DNA of 28,569 nucleotides from a bacterium (GCA_900299155.1 OMIS01000048.1:1-28569), one strand, 5' to 3'; shown: positions 1-9,938, numbered from the stretch's first letter. Notes: generated from the sequence alone by a model not told the origin. Translations and numbers: made by a program.

Positions 1-222
1 GTGAAGAATGAGATCATAGCCAAGGTAAAGAGTGGGGTTAAGGTAGTGGAGTTGTCGAAGCAGTACGGGGTGAGTGAGCAGACAATATACACTTGGCTGA
101 AACAAAAGGTTGAAGGAAGTGTAAGTGTATTGGAGCACAATAAGTTGAAGAAGGAGAATGAACAGTTAAAACAGATCATTGGAGTGTTGACACTGGAGTT
201 GGAGAAGACTAAAAAAAAATAG
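1..222 (+). CDS. IS3 transposase OrfA (HTH DNA-binding)
   Basis: VVELSKQYGVSEQTIYTWLK HTH followed by leucine-zipper-like LKKENEQLKQIIGVL; ends at A9-TAG. Confidence 0.88.
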   Translation: MKNEIIAKVKSGVKVVELSKQYGVSEQTIYTWLKQKVEGSVSVLEHNKLKKENEQLKQIIGVLTLELEKTKKK

Positions 223-229
223 ACGGGAG

Positions 230-1066
230 TTGTTTGATCTCATTGTTGTGAGATTACCAGAGCTTCCGAAAGTTCTGGTAGCTACAGTATTTGGATTTGT
301 AAGAAGTAGTGGATATTACCGTAGTTTTCAGAAACAAAAAGATGTAAGACTGAAGGATCAAATTCTCGAGATACTAGTTGGTCATCCCAGCTACGGATAC
401 CGCAGGATATCAATTGCACTGGGTTTAGGAAAGAAGCAGGTGCAACGGGTGATGCGGGAGTACAAGATACATCCGTACAAGCGGAAGGCTAGGTGGAGAA
501 AACGGCGTGATGAGAGACGAGCACCTGCTCTCTTTCAAAACCACATAAAATACAACTGTCCTTGTGTCCCAAATACCACTTGGGTGAGTGACTTCACCTA
601 CATACCATTCAAGAGGAAGTTCATATACTTAGCTACCATCATGGATTTGTTTACCAGAGAAATTGTGGGTTGGCATATCTCCAAGGCACATACAAAGTAT
701 CTAGTGTTAGAAGCATTTCTTGATGCACTCATCAATCAAGAAATGACTCCACCACAAGTTATTCATTCAGACCAAGGCTGTGAGTACACGAGCCAAGAAT
801 ATACCAATTTTGTGCAGAGTTTTGGCACTACAATTTCAATGAGCACCAAAGCTTCACCCTGGGAAAATGGCTATCAAGAATCATTCTTCAACAACTTCAA
901 AACTGATTTGGGACTGGAATTTGATCGTTTTGAATCTGAAGGACATTTCTTGGAAGCTATTCATCACACCATCCATGATTACAACCATCACAGAATTCAC
1001 TCTGCTCTCAAAATGTCACCCATCCAGTTCAAACAGCAATTCCAAAGTCGTTTAAAATCTGTCTAA
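230..1066 (+). CDS. IS3 transposase OrfB (integrase core, DDE)
   Basis: YGYRRI, WVSDFTY (D), HSDQGCEY (D), ENGYQESFF (E), YNHHRIHSAL motifs. Confidence 0.93.
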   Translation: MFDLIVVRLPELPKVLVATVFGFVRSSGYYRSFQKQKDVRLKDQILEILVGHPSYGYRRISIALGLGKKQVQRVMREYKIHPYKRKARWRKRRDERRAPALFQNHIKYNCPCVPNTTWVSDFTYIPFKRKFIYLATIMDLFTREIVGWHISKAHTKYLVLEAFLDALINQEMTPPQVIHSDQGCEYTSQEYTNFVQSFGTTISMSTKASPWENGYQESFFNNFKTDLGLEFDRFESEGHFLEAIHHTIHDYNHHRIHSALKMSPIQFKQQFQSRLKSV

Positions 1067-1084
1067 AGAAAGGGGTGCTTGACA
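1060..1084 (-). repeat. Right terminal inverted repeat of the IS3 element
   Basis: Reverse complement TGTCAAGCACCCCTTTCTTTAGACA starts with TG and resembles IS150-group ends; contains the orfB stop codon. Confidence 0.8.
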
Positions 1085-1706
1085 GTATGCTGCGTTGTAT
1101 GGAGTTTCATATACCGATTTTCTCAGCCGCTCAAAAAAGTTTTTAGAGTTTTTTGGAGTATGGAACCAACGCGATAAGTCCATGGCACAACTTTCTGCAG
1201 GACAGATTACACGCGTGATGTTGGCTAAAGCATTTATCCCATATCCCAAAATAGTACTGCTTGATGAACCTACAGCATCTCTGGATCCTGACATTGCACA
1301 CGAGGTGCGGCATTTTATTTTAGAGCAGCAAAAGGAATACAACACAAGTATTTTGTATACCTCACATAATATGGATGAAGTAAGTGAAGTGTGTGAGAGA
1401 GTGGTTTTTTTACAACATGGAGAAGTAATCGCAATTGATAAACCTGAAAAGTTGGCAGCTTCTGTGTCAAAGGCACGTATGTATTTGCAGCTGAAAGATG
1501 GTTTAAAGCGTACTGAACAGTTTGCGAAACAAAAGGGATTATCAGCCAAAATTGAGGGACGTGAAATTGAGATACTAATTGATGAGCAAGAAATCGCTCC
1601 ATTTTTAGAGCAGCTGGCAGATGAAAAAATTAAATATACACAGATCTCAATTGCAAAGCCAACGCTTGAAGATTACTTTTTGAGTAAATCAGGAAAAAAA
1701 CAATGA
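1085..1706 (+). pseudogene. ABC transporter ATP-binding protein, 5'-truncated by the IS
   Basis: Frame reads YAALYGV directly after the IS end; signature LSAGQ, Walker B LLDEPT and H-loop TSHNM present; Walker A absent. Confidence 0.85.
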
Positions 1707-2488
1707 ACATTTCTTGGCAAAGAATTTATGGACTGGCACTGCGGCATTTGTATCCACTCAAACGTGATTTTGATTTGTTGAGTGATATGATTTATTGGCC
1801 AATTATTGATATTTTAATTTGGGGAATTACTGGCCAGTGGCTGGGCGGTGCAAGTGGAAATAATGTGATGGTTTCATTACTGTGTGGTTTAATTTTATGG
1901 AATGTTATATGGCGTTCACAAAGTGAAATTTCTCGTAACTTAATTGATGAGCTATGGAACAATAACTTAGTTAATTTATTTTCTACACCTCTCAGTCTCA
2001 AAGAGTGGCTCGTGGGGGTTATTTTACTTTATGTAGCTAAAACAATTCTCACAATGGTTATACTTAGTATTGTGATAGCACTACTCTATAGTGTGAATAT
2101 TTATGCTGTAGGTTGGTGGTTAATCCCATTTTTTGTTTGTGCAGTAATGACTGGCTGGTGGGTGGGATTTATCTCAGCAGGGATTGTGATTAGATACGGA
2201 CAAAAAGTGCAGACGGTAGTTTGGACGTTGCCAGGAATTTTACTACCATTTAGTGTCGTATTCTTCCCACTCGCAAACTTACCTAGATTTTTACAACCAA
2301 TTAGTTATGCACTGCCTTCTACATACATTTTTGAATCAATGCGTTCGTTAATTGCTGGTCATGCAGTAGATCCAAGGATGATTGCTGTAAGTTTTGGATT
2401 AAATATTATCTATCTAACAATCTCAATCATTTGGTTCGTGAAGAGTTTTAAATGGAGTCTTACCTTAGGATTAAGTAGGTTTAATTAG
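1703..2488 (+). CDS. ABC-2 type transporter permease
   Basis: About six hydrophobic segments, LP-x-T-YIFESMR-type C-terminal motif; ATGA overlap with the ATPase gene. Confidence 0.85.
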   Translation: MNISWQRIYGLALRHLYPLKRDFDLLSDMIYWPIIDILIWGITGQWLGGASGNNVMVSLLCGLILWNVIWRSQSEISRNLIDELWNNNLVNLFSTPLSLKEWLVGVILLYVAKTILTMVILSIVIALLYSVNIYAVGWWLIPFFVCAVMTGWWVGFISAGIVIRYGQKVQTVVWTLPGILLPFSVVFFPLANLPRFLQPISYALPSTYIFESMRSLIAGHAVDPRMIAVSFGLNIIYLTISIIWFVKSFKWSLTLGLSRFN

Positions 2489-2535
2489 TAAGTTCTACTA
2501 GATTTTATAGGGTATATTTCAGTATTATTAAGTTC

Positions 2536-4224
2536 ATGCCTGTTTTTGTTGAACTCAGTATTCTACTCGGCATCACTACACTTGTAGCGATTTTGGTACG
2601 GATGCTTAAACAACCCATGATTATTGGGTATATTTTGGCTGGGGTCATTGTTGGTCCGTATGTATTAAATATTTTACATGCTACTGAAGAATTGGAAGTA
2701 TTTTCAAAAGTAGGAATCGTTTTACTATTATTTATAGTCGGATTGCATTTGAATCCAAAAGTTATAAAAGAAGTGGGAAAAATTTCCATGCTGGCGGGGA
2801 TTGGCCAGGTTGTATTTACCTCAATTGTAGGTTTCGTAATAGCAATTCTCTTAGGTATTAGCAAAGTAGCTGCAATTTATGTGGCAATTGCATTGACCTT
2901 CAGTAGTACGATTATTATTTTAAAACTACTCAGTGACAAAAAAGATTTACAAAAAATGTATGCCAAAATTGCAGTCGGATTTTTATTAGTCCAAGATATC
3001 ATCGCCTCAATTATTTTAATTGTTGTAGCCATGTTACATAACCAAGCTGGCACCGATGCATTGACTGCTATAAATCTAGTTGTATTAAAGGGTGCGGCAC
3101 TGATGGTGGGGCTCATGCTCATCGGCGTATATGTTTTACCAAAATTAATAAAGTATGTTGCAGGGTCACAAGAATTATTATTTATCTTCTCACTTGCATG
3201 GGGGACTGGGTTAGCAAGCTTATTTTTACTACTGGGTTTCTCAGTAGAAATTGGAGCATTGATCGCGGGTGTTAGCTTATCATCCACTGCGTATGCTGAT
3301 GAAATCTCCTCACGTATGCGACCTCTCCGTGATTTTTTTATAATAATGTTCTTCCTTTTGCTTGGCTCGCATATGGTGTTAGATGATTTAGGAAAAATTG
3401 TAATCCCAGCTCTTATTTTTTCTTTTTATGTTTTGATTGGCAACCCTGTAATTATGATTATTCTAATGAATTATTTAGGATATAGTCGTCGTACTAGTTT
3501 TATGAGTGGATTGACGGTGGCTCAGATTAGCGAGTTTTCACTGATCCTAGCCACGATTGGAATGCAGCTGGGGCATTTGTCACGGGAAACGCTTTCAATG
3601 GTGACTTTGGTAGGCATAATTACTATCACTGCTTCTTCCTACTTAATTCTGTATGCAGAAAAACTATATCCGCGCTTAGAAAATGTCATTAAATACTTAG
3701 AGTTCTTTACTCATAACAAAAACGAACAAAACACTGTCACTTATTACACAGCAGTGTTATTCGGATACGATAAAGTAGGACAAGATTTTATACAGGCATT
3801 TGAAAAAATTGATGAAAAATATTGTGTGGTGGACTTCAATCCCGTTGCAATTGAACAGCTTGATAAGCAGGGAGTCCCATACTTCTTTGGAGATGCAAGT
3901 GATGTTGAATTTTTAGCTGAGCTTCCAATTCAAAAATTAAAAATTGCAGTATCTACTATATCTGATTTAGAAACTAATAGAATATTGATCAAACATATTC
4001 GTGCAATTGTGCCAAAGAGCATTATTGTTGTAGTAGCTCATACAGTGGAAGATACTAAAGATTTGTATGCCGCGGGTGCAAGTTATGTGATTATGCCACA
4101 CCATCTCGGCGCTCAACATGCTGTGAAATTAATTCATAAGATGGGTGTAGATATAGTTTCATTTAAAGAAGAAAAGCAAAAACATTTAGAGCTTATAGAA
4201 GAAAGATATATAAGGAGTTTATGA
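2536..4224 (+). CDS. CPA2 cation:proton antiporter (Kef-like) with C-terminal TrkA-N/RCK domain
   Basis: FSSTIIILKLL, LLVQDI, LAQISEF-like motifs; C-terminal FGYDKVG / VVDFNP / GDASD RCK domain. Confidence 0.9.
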   Translation: MPVFVELSILLGITTLVAILVRMLKQPMIIGYILAGVIVGPYVLNILHATEELEVFSKVGIVLLLFIVGLHLNPKVIKEVGKISMLAGIGQVVFTSIVGFVIAILLGISKVAAIYVAIALTFSSTIIILKLLSDKKDLQKMYAKIAVGFLLVQDIIASIILIVVAMLHNQAGTDALTAINLVVLKGAALMVGLMLIGVYVLPKLIKYVAGSQELLFIFSLAWGTGLASLFLLLGFSVEIGALIAGVSLSSTAYADEISSRMRPLRDFFIIMFFLLLGSHMVLDDLGKIVIPALIFSFYVLIGNPVIMIILMNYLGYSRRTSFMSGLTVAQISEFSLILATIGMQLGHLSRETLSMVTLVGIITITASSYLILYAEKLYPRLENVIKYLEFFTHNKNEQNTVTYYTAVLFGYDKVGQDFIQAFEKIDEKYCVVDFNPVAIEQLDKQGVPYFFGDASDVEFLAELPIQKLKIAVSTISDLETNRILIKHIRAIVPKSIIVVVAHTVEDTKDLYAAGASYVIMPHHLGAQHAVKLIHKMGVDIVSFKEEKQKHLELIEERYIRSL

Positions 4225-4616
4225 CCTCAAATCAAAATGCGAGCCAGCCTAAGAATCAACAACCAGAACTTACGCAAGATCAATGCTTTATTTTATATGA
4301 AAAAGGCACAGAGCCTCCGTTCACCAGTCCACTCTTGAAAGAAAAACGGATTGGCACGTATGTAACTGCTGACACGCAGTTGCCAGTATTTAGATCTGAA
4401 GCAAAGTTTGAGTCGAGAAGTGGATGGCCAAGTTTTTTCGAGCCAATTGCTGACAATATTATCCTACAAGAAGATACTTCACATGGGATGGTGCGCACTG
4501 AAGTGTTATCAAAAGACACACAAGTTCACTTAGGACACGTTTTTGAAGATGGTCCACCACCTACAGGAAAAAGATTCTGCATTAATGGAGAAGCGTTACT
4601 GTTTATACCAGACTAA
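4221..4616 (+). CDS. msrB: Peptide methionine-(R)-sulfoxide reductase
   Basis: GTEPPF, SGWPSF, HGMVRTEV, HLGHVF, RFCING motifs. Confidence 0.95.
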   Translation: MTSNQNASQPKNQQPELTQDQCFILYEKGTEPPFTSPLLKEKRIGTYVTADTQLPVFRSEAKFESRSGWPSFFEPIADNIILQEDTSHGMVRTEVLSKDTQVHLGHVFEDGPPPTGKRFCINGEALLFIPD

Positions 4617-4619
4617 TAA

Positions 4620-4739
4620 TTAGCCTTGGCGAGCTTTGCGGCGAGGGTTGCGCTTGTTAATGCGGTAGAGACGACCTTTACGTTTGACGAGTTTATCGCC
4701 TTTTTTTGGATCAATTTGAAGTGAGTTCTTTACTTTCAT
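4620..4739 (-). CDS. rpmJ: 50S ribosomal protein bL36, Zn-free (B-type); not in the ORF track
   Basis: Manual translation: [39 protein letters not shown] (39 aa), with the typical L36 MKV..S, RKGR and KARQG ends. Confidence 0.93.
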   Translation of the reverse strand: MKVKNSLQIDPKKGDKLVKRKGRLYRINKRNPRRKARQG

Positions 4740-4841
4740 ACGGACTTTCTGAAGTTTCTGGAATCATCTTACTATGAAACACCAAATTTTACCAGCTTTA
4801 ACAAGATAATTAAAGGCTTAGTTTTATATTTTGATCTATTT

Positions 4842-6386
4842 TTACTCGGTAACCCTAAATAATTCGTCAGGTAATCTGTACTTTTTTATAATTTCTGCAT
4901 GTTCAGGGATGTCACGAATAAAAATTACTGTGTAATCATCTACATAGATAGGCACCCATTCTTTACTTTTGAATGTAGTGACCAAAAACTGTTGACCCCA
5001 CTCAGTTCTTTCAAGTCTACTGAAATAAATTGCTCCAAAGTGGTACTGTGCGTCAATTTTTTGCCAAACTACAGGATCTGTTTGTGTAGCTTTATACTCT
5101 TCTAAGAATGCTGCAGGGTATGCCTCGGCGCGATTATCTACATATACTTGATACTTTGGGTAGAGATGATAAATCAGGTATCCACCAATATCGAAGTTAT
5201 TAAAAATTGGCCCTTGTATAGTGAGCTGCTTAAAAAATTCAGCTGAAGTATTTATCCCAGGACTTAACCCAAGCCCCATGGCAGGAGTAAACGGCAGAAA
5301 CATGCCACTGGAGAATAGGAGTGAAACGAGTATGAACAGTACCAATGATGTCCCACTCAGTACCAGTGTGTCTTGGCTGGCTTTTTTAATAAATCTTGAA
5401 AAGGTATCTCTATATGGCGCTACTGCACTGGCCAGAATCAATGCCACAAGCAGTGAATAAAAATTTGAAAAACGAATTAACTTATTGGTAAATGCCAAGA
5501 AGATACAAAACAAAAGTAGCAGCGCTGTGTGTTTGAATCCATTGCGCCGAATTAAAAAGAGTCCCGCAATAATTGAAATGATAAATGTCCCGACCAAGTA
5601 CCAGTGGAAGTTGGTGGTGTAGTATCGTAAGAAAAAGTACGGAGTTTGGTTCTCCGCAATTGGGTAGCCGTATTCTTGCAAAATTTGTGTGGGGTAGAGT
5701 GCCCCTTCGATAAAAAGTGGGTTACAGAGTGTCCCGATTATGGCGAGCATTCCCACAATCATTAATTCACGCACTTGGAGCCAGTTTTTTTCCTTCAAAG
5801 CTTGTAAGCCAAAGCAACCCAAACTAATAAAAGTCATAAAGAAAAAAATATGAATATTTACCCACAAACAAGCAATGAGAAAAAATGCGATCTCTAGATA
5901 TAGTGGGCGGATTCTTTTTTCTTGCCAGAGTAGAAGTAAGACAACTTCCAGTGCAAAGAAAAATATACTAAATGCCTCAGGTCGTACTTCTGCACGATCT
6001 GTCATCAATGGCAAGATGAAGATGCTACTAACAAGCATGCTGAGTTTGCCATATTTTGTGCCGATATACCAAAAAATAACTCCTGCCGCCCCAGCATAGA
6101 GTGAAGCTGTCAGTAGGGTAATACTGCCAAAGCCACTATTTTTCTCCAGTACATATGCTATAACTCCAAAGAGCCAGTGGTGGTTGGGGGCGTGGCGATT
6201 CTGTGCCGTATATGAATAGAGGTTGGTATCAAAAATTTTGCCCGTTTCCAAAATTACCCGACCATTGGTAACATGTCTCCCCAAGTCGCTGGCGGTAAAG
6301 AGTGTCAAACGGCAGAAAAACAAAAAATAAAAAATTGTGAGGAGTCCCACAATAAACCAGAGTGGTAGTTTCTTTACCATTTGCAT
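4842..6386 (-). CDS. Polytopic membrane protein, putative GT-C fold glycosyltransferase
   Basis: Many TM segments; N-terminal SDLGRH, RPEAFS, WVNIH; C-terminal FNNFDIGGYL and VYVDNRAE soluble domain. Confidence 0.55.
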   Translation of the reverse strand: MQMVKKLPLWFIVGLLTIFYFLFFCRLTLFTASDLGRHVTNGRVILETGKIFDTNLYSYTAQNRHAPNHHWLFGVIAYVLEKNSGFGSITLLTASLYAGAAGVIFWYIGTKYGKLSMLVSSIFILPLMTDRAEVRPEAFSIFFFALEVVLLLLWQEKRIRPLYLEIAFFLIACLWVNIHIFFFMTFISLGCFGLQALKEKNWLQVRELMIVGMLAIIGTLCNPLFIEGALYPTQILQEYGYPIAENQTPYFFLRYYTTNFHWYLVGTFIISIIAGLFLIRRNGFKHTALLLLFCIFLAFTNKLIRFSNFYSLLVALILASAVAPYRDTFSRFIKKASQDTLVLSGTSLVLFILVSLLFSSGMFLPFTPAMGLGLSPGINTSAEFFKQLTIQGPIFNNFDIGGYLIYHLYPKYQVYVDNRAEAYPAAFLEEYKATQTDPVVWQKIDAQYHFGAIYFSRLERTEWGQQFLVTTFKSKEWVPIYVDDYTVIFIRDIPEHAEIIKKYRLPDELFRVTE

Positions 6387-6438
6387 ATGACAAGTATAGC
6401 GTGTTTATAGATAATACGAGTATTGAATAGGTTTTGGT

Positions 6439-8256
6439 ATGTCGCAGGTACAACAAGTAAAAGAAGCAACTAATATCGTAGACGTAATTGGCAGCCGAGT
6501 GACACTGCAGCGTTCTGGTGCCAACTTCAAGGGCTTATGCCCGTTTCACAGTGAGCGCGGACCTTCTTTTTTCGTCAGTGAAACGATGCAACGCTATAAA
6601 TGCTTTGGCTGTGGCAAAAGTGGCGATGTACTTACGTTTTTAGAAGAATATGAAGGGATGACGTTCCGAGAAGCACTCGAAAGTTTGGCAGAAGCAGCAG
6701 GAATTACTTTGGTAGCGACCACTTCCAACTCTCAAGAAGATGAAGAGCGGACAAAACTTTTAGAGATCCTAGATTTAGCACGTGCATACTATAACTATTT
6801 ACTGACTGAGCATGACGTAGGCGCACAGGCACGCGAATACTTAAAAAAGCGTGGCGTAAAGAATGAATCAATCAAGCAGTTTCAGCTGGGTGTGTCACTT
6901 TCTGCCTGGGATGGGTTGGTGAAGTATCTGCATTTTAAGAAGAAATATCCTAAAGAATTGATTGTGAAAGCAGGGTTGGCCAGCAAATCAGAAAATGGTC
7001 GTGTCTATGATAAGTTCCGCTCTCGGGTGATGTTCCCGCTCAAAAATCACCGCGGGCAAGTCGTGGGTTTTTCTGGAAGAATTTATGGAGCCACAAAAGA
7101 TGAAAAAGATGCTCCAAAGTACATGAATACGCCAGAAACACTGCTGTATCACAAAAGTCAGCTGCTCTTTGGGCTATATGAAAATCTCACAACCATTCGC
7201 AAAGAACGCAAAGTGGTGGTTGTGGAAGGTGAGTTTGATGTGATTTCCTCTGTAGAGGCGCACATGAATACAGTAGTGGCGATTAAAGGCTCTGCGTTAA
7301 CGGCGGATCATGTCAAAATTTTAACCCGCTCGGTGGATCAAATTATTTTGTCCCTTGATGCCGATGATGCAGGTATTGCCGCAACTCGGAAAGCAATTGA
7401 TGTCGTAGCAGCCAATCAATCCTCACGCGAAGTGCCACTAACCTTAAGTGTGTTGCGTATCCCCAATGGCAAAGATCCAGATGAATTTAGTAAAAATGAT
7501 CCAAAAGCTTGGCGCGAGCTGGTCAAAAAACCAATTACCGCGTACGAATTTTTAATTGCTGCAGCTTGTGAAAAATATAATCCTGCTTCGCCTGATGGCA
7601 AACTGCAAATAATGTCAGAACTCAACCCAGTGCTGGCCAAAATAGATCACGCTGTGCAGTATGAGTACTACACAAAAGCATTGGCGGAGCGGCTCGGGGT
7701 GACGGTGCAGAGTGTGCAAAATGATATTAAAAATTATCAGCTGCGTGATGGCATGAAACCAAGCAAAACAACAGTCAGTTCTGATGCTGAAAAACAATTG
7801 CCACAACAACAGAGCACGCCACCCAGCAGGCAGCAGTCACTTGAATCATACCTTTTTTTCATCGCGTTTAATGCCAAGCCAAAGGAGCGTGCCCAGTGGC
7901 TCACTGAACTTTCAGCAGAGTTGCTTGTAACTCCTGGAAGCACGCAGTTTGTGGAAGTATTCAAAAATTCAGGTGCTGAGTTCGGCGCTGCGGGCAAGCA
8001 ACTTCCTGAAGATCTCCAAGAAACTGTTTTTGAACTTGCCACCAATCCACAGTACTATGCGTCTCTCGAAACGCTCAATTTAGAGCAGGAGTGGAAGAAT
8101 ACGCTCAAAGATTGGAAAGCAGAACAAAGCAAACAAGCAGGTCAGCGTATTGAAAAAGAGCTAGAAGAACTTGATAAAATTGCACAGAAAACTCCAGAAC
8201 AAGAAGCGCGCCTCGCAGAGTTGTTGCAGCAGCTGGTATTATTAAAGAGAAAATAA
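6439..8256 (+). CDS. dnaG: DNA primase
   Basis: CPFH...CFGC zinc finger, PKYMNTPET, TOPRIM VVEGEFD and DADDAG. Confidence 0.97.
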   Translation: MSQVQQVKEATNIVDVIGSRVTLQRSGANFKGLCPFHSERGPSFFVSETMQRYKCFGCGKSGDVLTFLEEYEGMTFREALESLAEAAGITLVATTSNSQEDEERTKLLEILDLARAYYNYLLTEHDVGAQAREYLKKRGVKNESIKQFQLGVSLSAWDGLVKYLHFKKKYPKELIVKAGLASKSENGRVYDKFRSRVMFPLKNHRGQVVGFSGRIYGATKDEKDAPKYMNTPETLLYHKSQLLFGLYENLTTIRKERKVVVVEGEFDVISSVEAHMNTVVAIKGSALTADHVKILTRSVDQIILSLDADDAGIAATRKAIDVVAANQSSREVPLTLSVLRIPNGKDPDEFSKNDPKAWRELVKKPITAYEFLIAAACEKYNPASPDGKLQIMSELNPVLAKIDHAVQYEYYTKALAERLGVTVQSVQNDIKNYQLRDGMKPSKTTVSSDAEKQLPQQQSTPPSRQQSLESYLFFIAFNAKPKERAQWLTELSAELLVTPGSTQFVEVFKNSGAEFGAAGKQLPEDLQETVFELATNPQYYASLETLNLEQEWKNTLKDWKAEQSKQAGQRIEKELEELDKIAQKTPEQEARLAELLQQLVLLKRK

Positions 8257-8257
8257 T

Positions 8258-9625
8258 ATGCCAAAAGATCTTGAGTCTTCTAGAGTTGAATCTCCACCTC
8301 GGAGGAAATTTTTGAAATGGGTAGCGGGAACTGCAGCAGGTACTGTACTGGCAACTTTTTTAGGTTCTGATGGCTCACAAAAAATTAAAAAAAATGAGGA
8401 TGCTGTTGTGTCAAGTAACCAACCTGCTCAAGAAGCTCAGCGACCGCAGGAAGATGAATTAGAGGAAATACTTATCTGGAATCAAAACGGTGTAATGGTC
8501 TAGGGAACTGGTGAATTTAAAATTCCTACCCGTTGGCAGACAAGTCATGGTGCTAGTGGTAGCTTTGACCAAGCCGCTTTGCTCCAATCCCAAAAAGAAG
8601 CTATTGCAAAAAATAAAGAATCTACCGTAGCAGCTGTAGTGCGTTTGAATGAGGTATGGAGATCAGATCATGAGAGTCAAACACAAAAAATTACGGAATT
8701 ACCGAGTGACACACTCTCAAAAGAATCCTTAGCTGAACGAGGCATTGTAGTAGTTGATTCTCCTGCTGCAGAAGTAAGGTTTAGAGACGGAGCCTTCAGA
8801 GAAGGGGAGTTGCTTGACAGTCATATGAAAAATGGAGGAAGCCTCACCATCATACTTTGTGATAGTCCAATTTTATTGCCAAGCAAATTTGACGCGAAAA
8901 TATACGATACTGTGAGACCTATAATTAATGATATTTTGGGTTCAAATAGAGAGTTAAGTGTATCTGAGGTTCGTGAAAATATACGAAGTTATTTGGAAAG
9001 TGAGCTTGGGGCAGATCCAAGTAGATTAGCTGAGAGAATTGAATTCTTACAAAAGACGTTTGATTCAATTAGTGATGATGAAATTTCCGCCTGGACACTG
9101 CAGCCGTATGGTGGCCGAGGTCATTTTCAAGCTCAAGGAAGTAAACCATCACTGCAAGATACTTCCGCTATTTTGGTTGCAGTTGGTGAGCGACCGTTAG
9201 AGTTGCAAATGCTGAAAGTCATTAATCTACCAAGTACTGGACAGTATGCAGTAAGTGTGGAAACTATTTCGCTAGCAGATGATTTCCCCTTTATGTTTCC
9301 TTGCCCTATCTTGGCAGGTGATAGCTACCTTCAACCAGCTCAGTTGGGATATAAAGTCACTAAGTCAAAGGATGATTACAGAATTGATAAATCGACAAGT
9401 ACTGCAGGAGTAGTACTACGACATGAATTGGGACATTATAGTAAACAGATGTTAGCGGGTGGTGATGCTGAGAAACTGCGCGCAGTACATAATGAAGGTG
9501 AAATTGACACAGTTGCCTATGAATCTATACAAAGAGCAGCTGCGTTGAAAGAATCAACAGGAGATGACTCTCTCTACTATGTTGTGTATACCAATAAGCA
9601 AAATCATTTTCATGTAGTGACTTGA
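8258..9625 (+). pseudogene. Membrane-anchored or exported HExxH metallopeptidase-like gene interrupted by one in-frame TAG (8501-8503)
   Basis: ORFs 8258-8503 and 8579-9625 share a frame and the 25 codons between them are open; RRKFL plus hydrophobic N-terminus; HELGH...EGEID. Confidence 0.7.
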
Positions 9626-9635
9626 AAAAACTCTC

Positions 9636-9665
9636 TTGACAACATACCCCCAGGGGGTATACCAT
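9636..9665 (+). promoter_or_regulatory. Sigma70 promoter containing a CsoR-family operator
   Basis: TTGACA (9636-9641), 18 nt, TACCAT; perfect palindrome ATACCCCC-A-GGGGGTAT (9644-9660) in the spacer. Confidence 0.85.
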
Positions 9666-9674
9666 GAGTGAGTC

Positions 9675-9938
9675 ATGGAAAATAATAGTACGCCTTCCAC
9701 CACTACCCAACAAGACCCAGTTGTGACTCAATTGAATCGCATTCAAGGGCAGATCGCTGGTATTGCCAAGATGTACTGTGATGATCGTTCTTGCACTGAT
9801 GTCGTGCACCAAATTTTGGCAGCACGCAGTAGCCTTGGAAAAGTAGCTCGTGAGTTACTGACCACAGAGGCCTCCCGCTGTTCAAAGGAACGCAAACTCG
9901 AAGACTTTGAACAAGTATTGAAAGAATTACTGAGATAA
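9675..9938 (+). CDS. CsoR/RcnR-family transcriptional repressor
   Basis: LNRIQGQIAGI...C.DV..QI.A.R..L pattern; C-tract/G-tract operator directly upstream. Confidence 0.9.
   Translation: MENNSTPSTTTQQDPVVTQLNRIQGQIAGIAKMYCDDRSCTDVVHQILAARSSLGKVARELLTTEASRCSKERKLEDFEQVLKELLR

Larger units (their letters stand above)
1..1084 (+). mobile_element. IS3-family insertion sequence (IS150-like); left end lies outside the window
   Basis: HTH orfA plus DDE orfB separated by an A9 run; right terminal inverted repeat ending in CA at 1084. Confidence 0.92.

Noticed and set aside
8501-8503. Genome-wide TAG reassignment or pyrrolysine
   Set aside because: TAG terminates gdhA, the integrase and the GHKL gene normally; no pyl genes in the window
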